Source: Nannocystaceae bacterium | GTDB taxonomy: Bacteria; Myxococcota_A; Polyangia; Nannocystales; Nannocystaceae | Assembly (NCBI GenBank): GCA_019694555.1 | Contig: JAIBBS010000017.1 | Coordinates: 5,826-69,825 of the forward strand | Direction: 5' to 3' | DNA length: 64,000 nt | Part shown: in pieces, positions 63,912 through 64,000 of the stretch | How positions within the stretch are numbered: position 1 is the stretch's first letter | How the letters are laid out: every line of letters starts with the position of its first letter | The notes under the pieces: generated by a model | The model's input: the letters and a program-made list of their open reading frames with translations, nothing else | Told to the model about the DNA's origin: nothing | Databases searched by the model: none | Program-made: the position numbers and the translations under genes

Positions 63912-64000
63912 CTGCTCGCGTCGAGCTTCACCTTGCCGCGGAACACCCAGTACACGATCGCGGTGTACGTCGCGACCAGCGGCATGCCCAGGATCGCGAT
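63904..64000 (-). CDS. cydB: cytochrome bd ubiquinol oxidase subunit II C-terminus (partial, continues beyond window)
   Basis: The minus-strand translation ...IAILGMPLVATYTAIVYWVFRGKVKLDASSY* resembles the CydB C-terminus (...PVILLYTAWCYWKMFGRITKEDIE). Only 32 codons are visible. Confidence 0.4.

Noticed and set aside
1-64000. tRNA, rRNA, IS elements and integrases
   Set aside because: I found no cloverleaf-compatible tRNA candidates, rRNA-like segments, transposase or integrase motifs (DDE, tyrosine recombinase R-H-R-Y), or terminal inverted repeats by eye. This absence is a weak negative and should be confirmed with tRNAscan or ISfinder-type searches.

Overview
This is a very GC-rich (about 70%) bacterial chromosomal segment, most consistent with a myxobacterium (Deltaproteobacteria). 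It is densely coding, with about 60 genes. The ORF track is swamped by long antisense and off-frame ORFs that are artefacts of the high GC content, so I called genes only where the protein shows a recognisable family signature, a signal peptide or lipobox, or a paralog in the window. Many ORFs in the track begin at GTG, TTG or CTG.

Content, in order:
- A secretome/protease-rich accessory region. It holds an FGE-sulfatase-domain protein, an S1 protease with TSP3 calcium-binding repeats, two S41 C-terminal processing peptidases, an S9A prolyl oligopeptidase, an M50-like and an M48 metallopeptidase, and many lipoproteins.
- A PotBC-fused/PotA/PotD-type polyamine ABC transporter.
- Two paralogous ECF sigma factors, a Crp/Fnr regulator and a TetR regulator.
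- Formate--tetrahydrofolate ligase (fhs).
- A split YeeE/YedE transporter pair followed by a small Cys-rich protein.
- An 11 kb module made of a two-component system, an RND heavy-metal efflux pump (RND, membrane-fusion and outer-membrane components) and three c-type cytochromes. The module is bracketed by 62-bp direct repeats.
- Glyoxalase I and an alpha/beta hydrolase.

Most notable observations:
1. An 844-aa protein with end-to-end similarity to the eukaryotic major vault protein (MVP). It sits in an apparent operon with a 2H phosphoesterase (LigT-like) and a Ser/Thr kinase, and is divergent from an ECF sigma factor.
2. An AhpD/CMD-family gene whose CxxC redox cysteine is replaced by an in-frame TGA followed by a hairpin, making it a candidate selenoprotein.
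3. A mosaic of duplicated gene 3'-end fragments that marks a past rearrangement or insertion junction next to the metal-efflux module.
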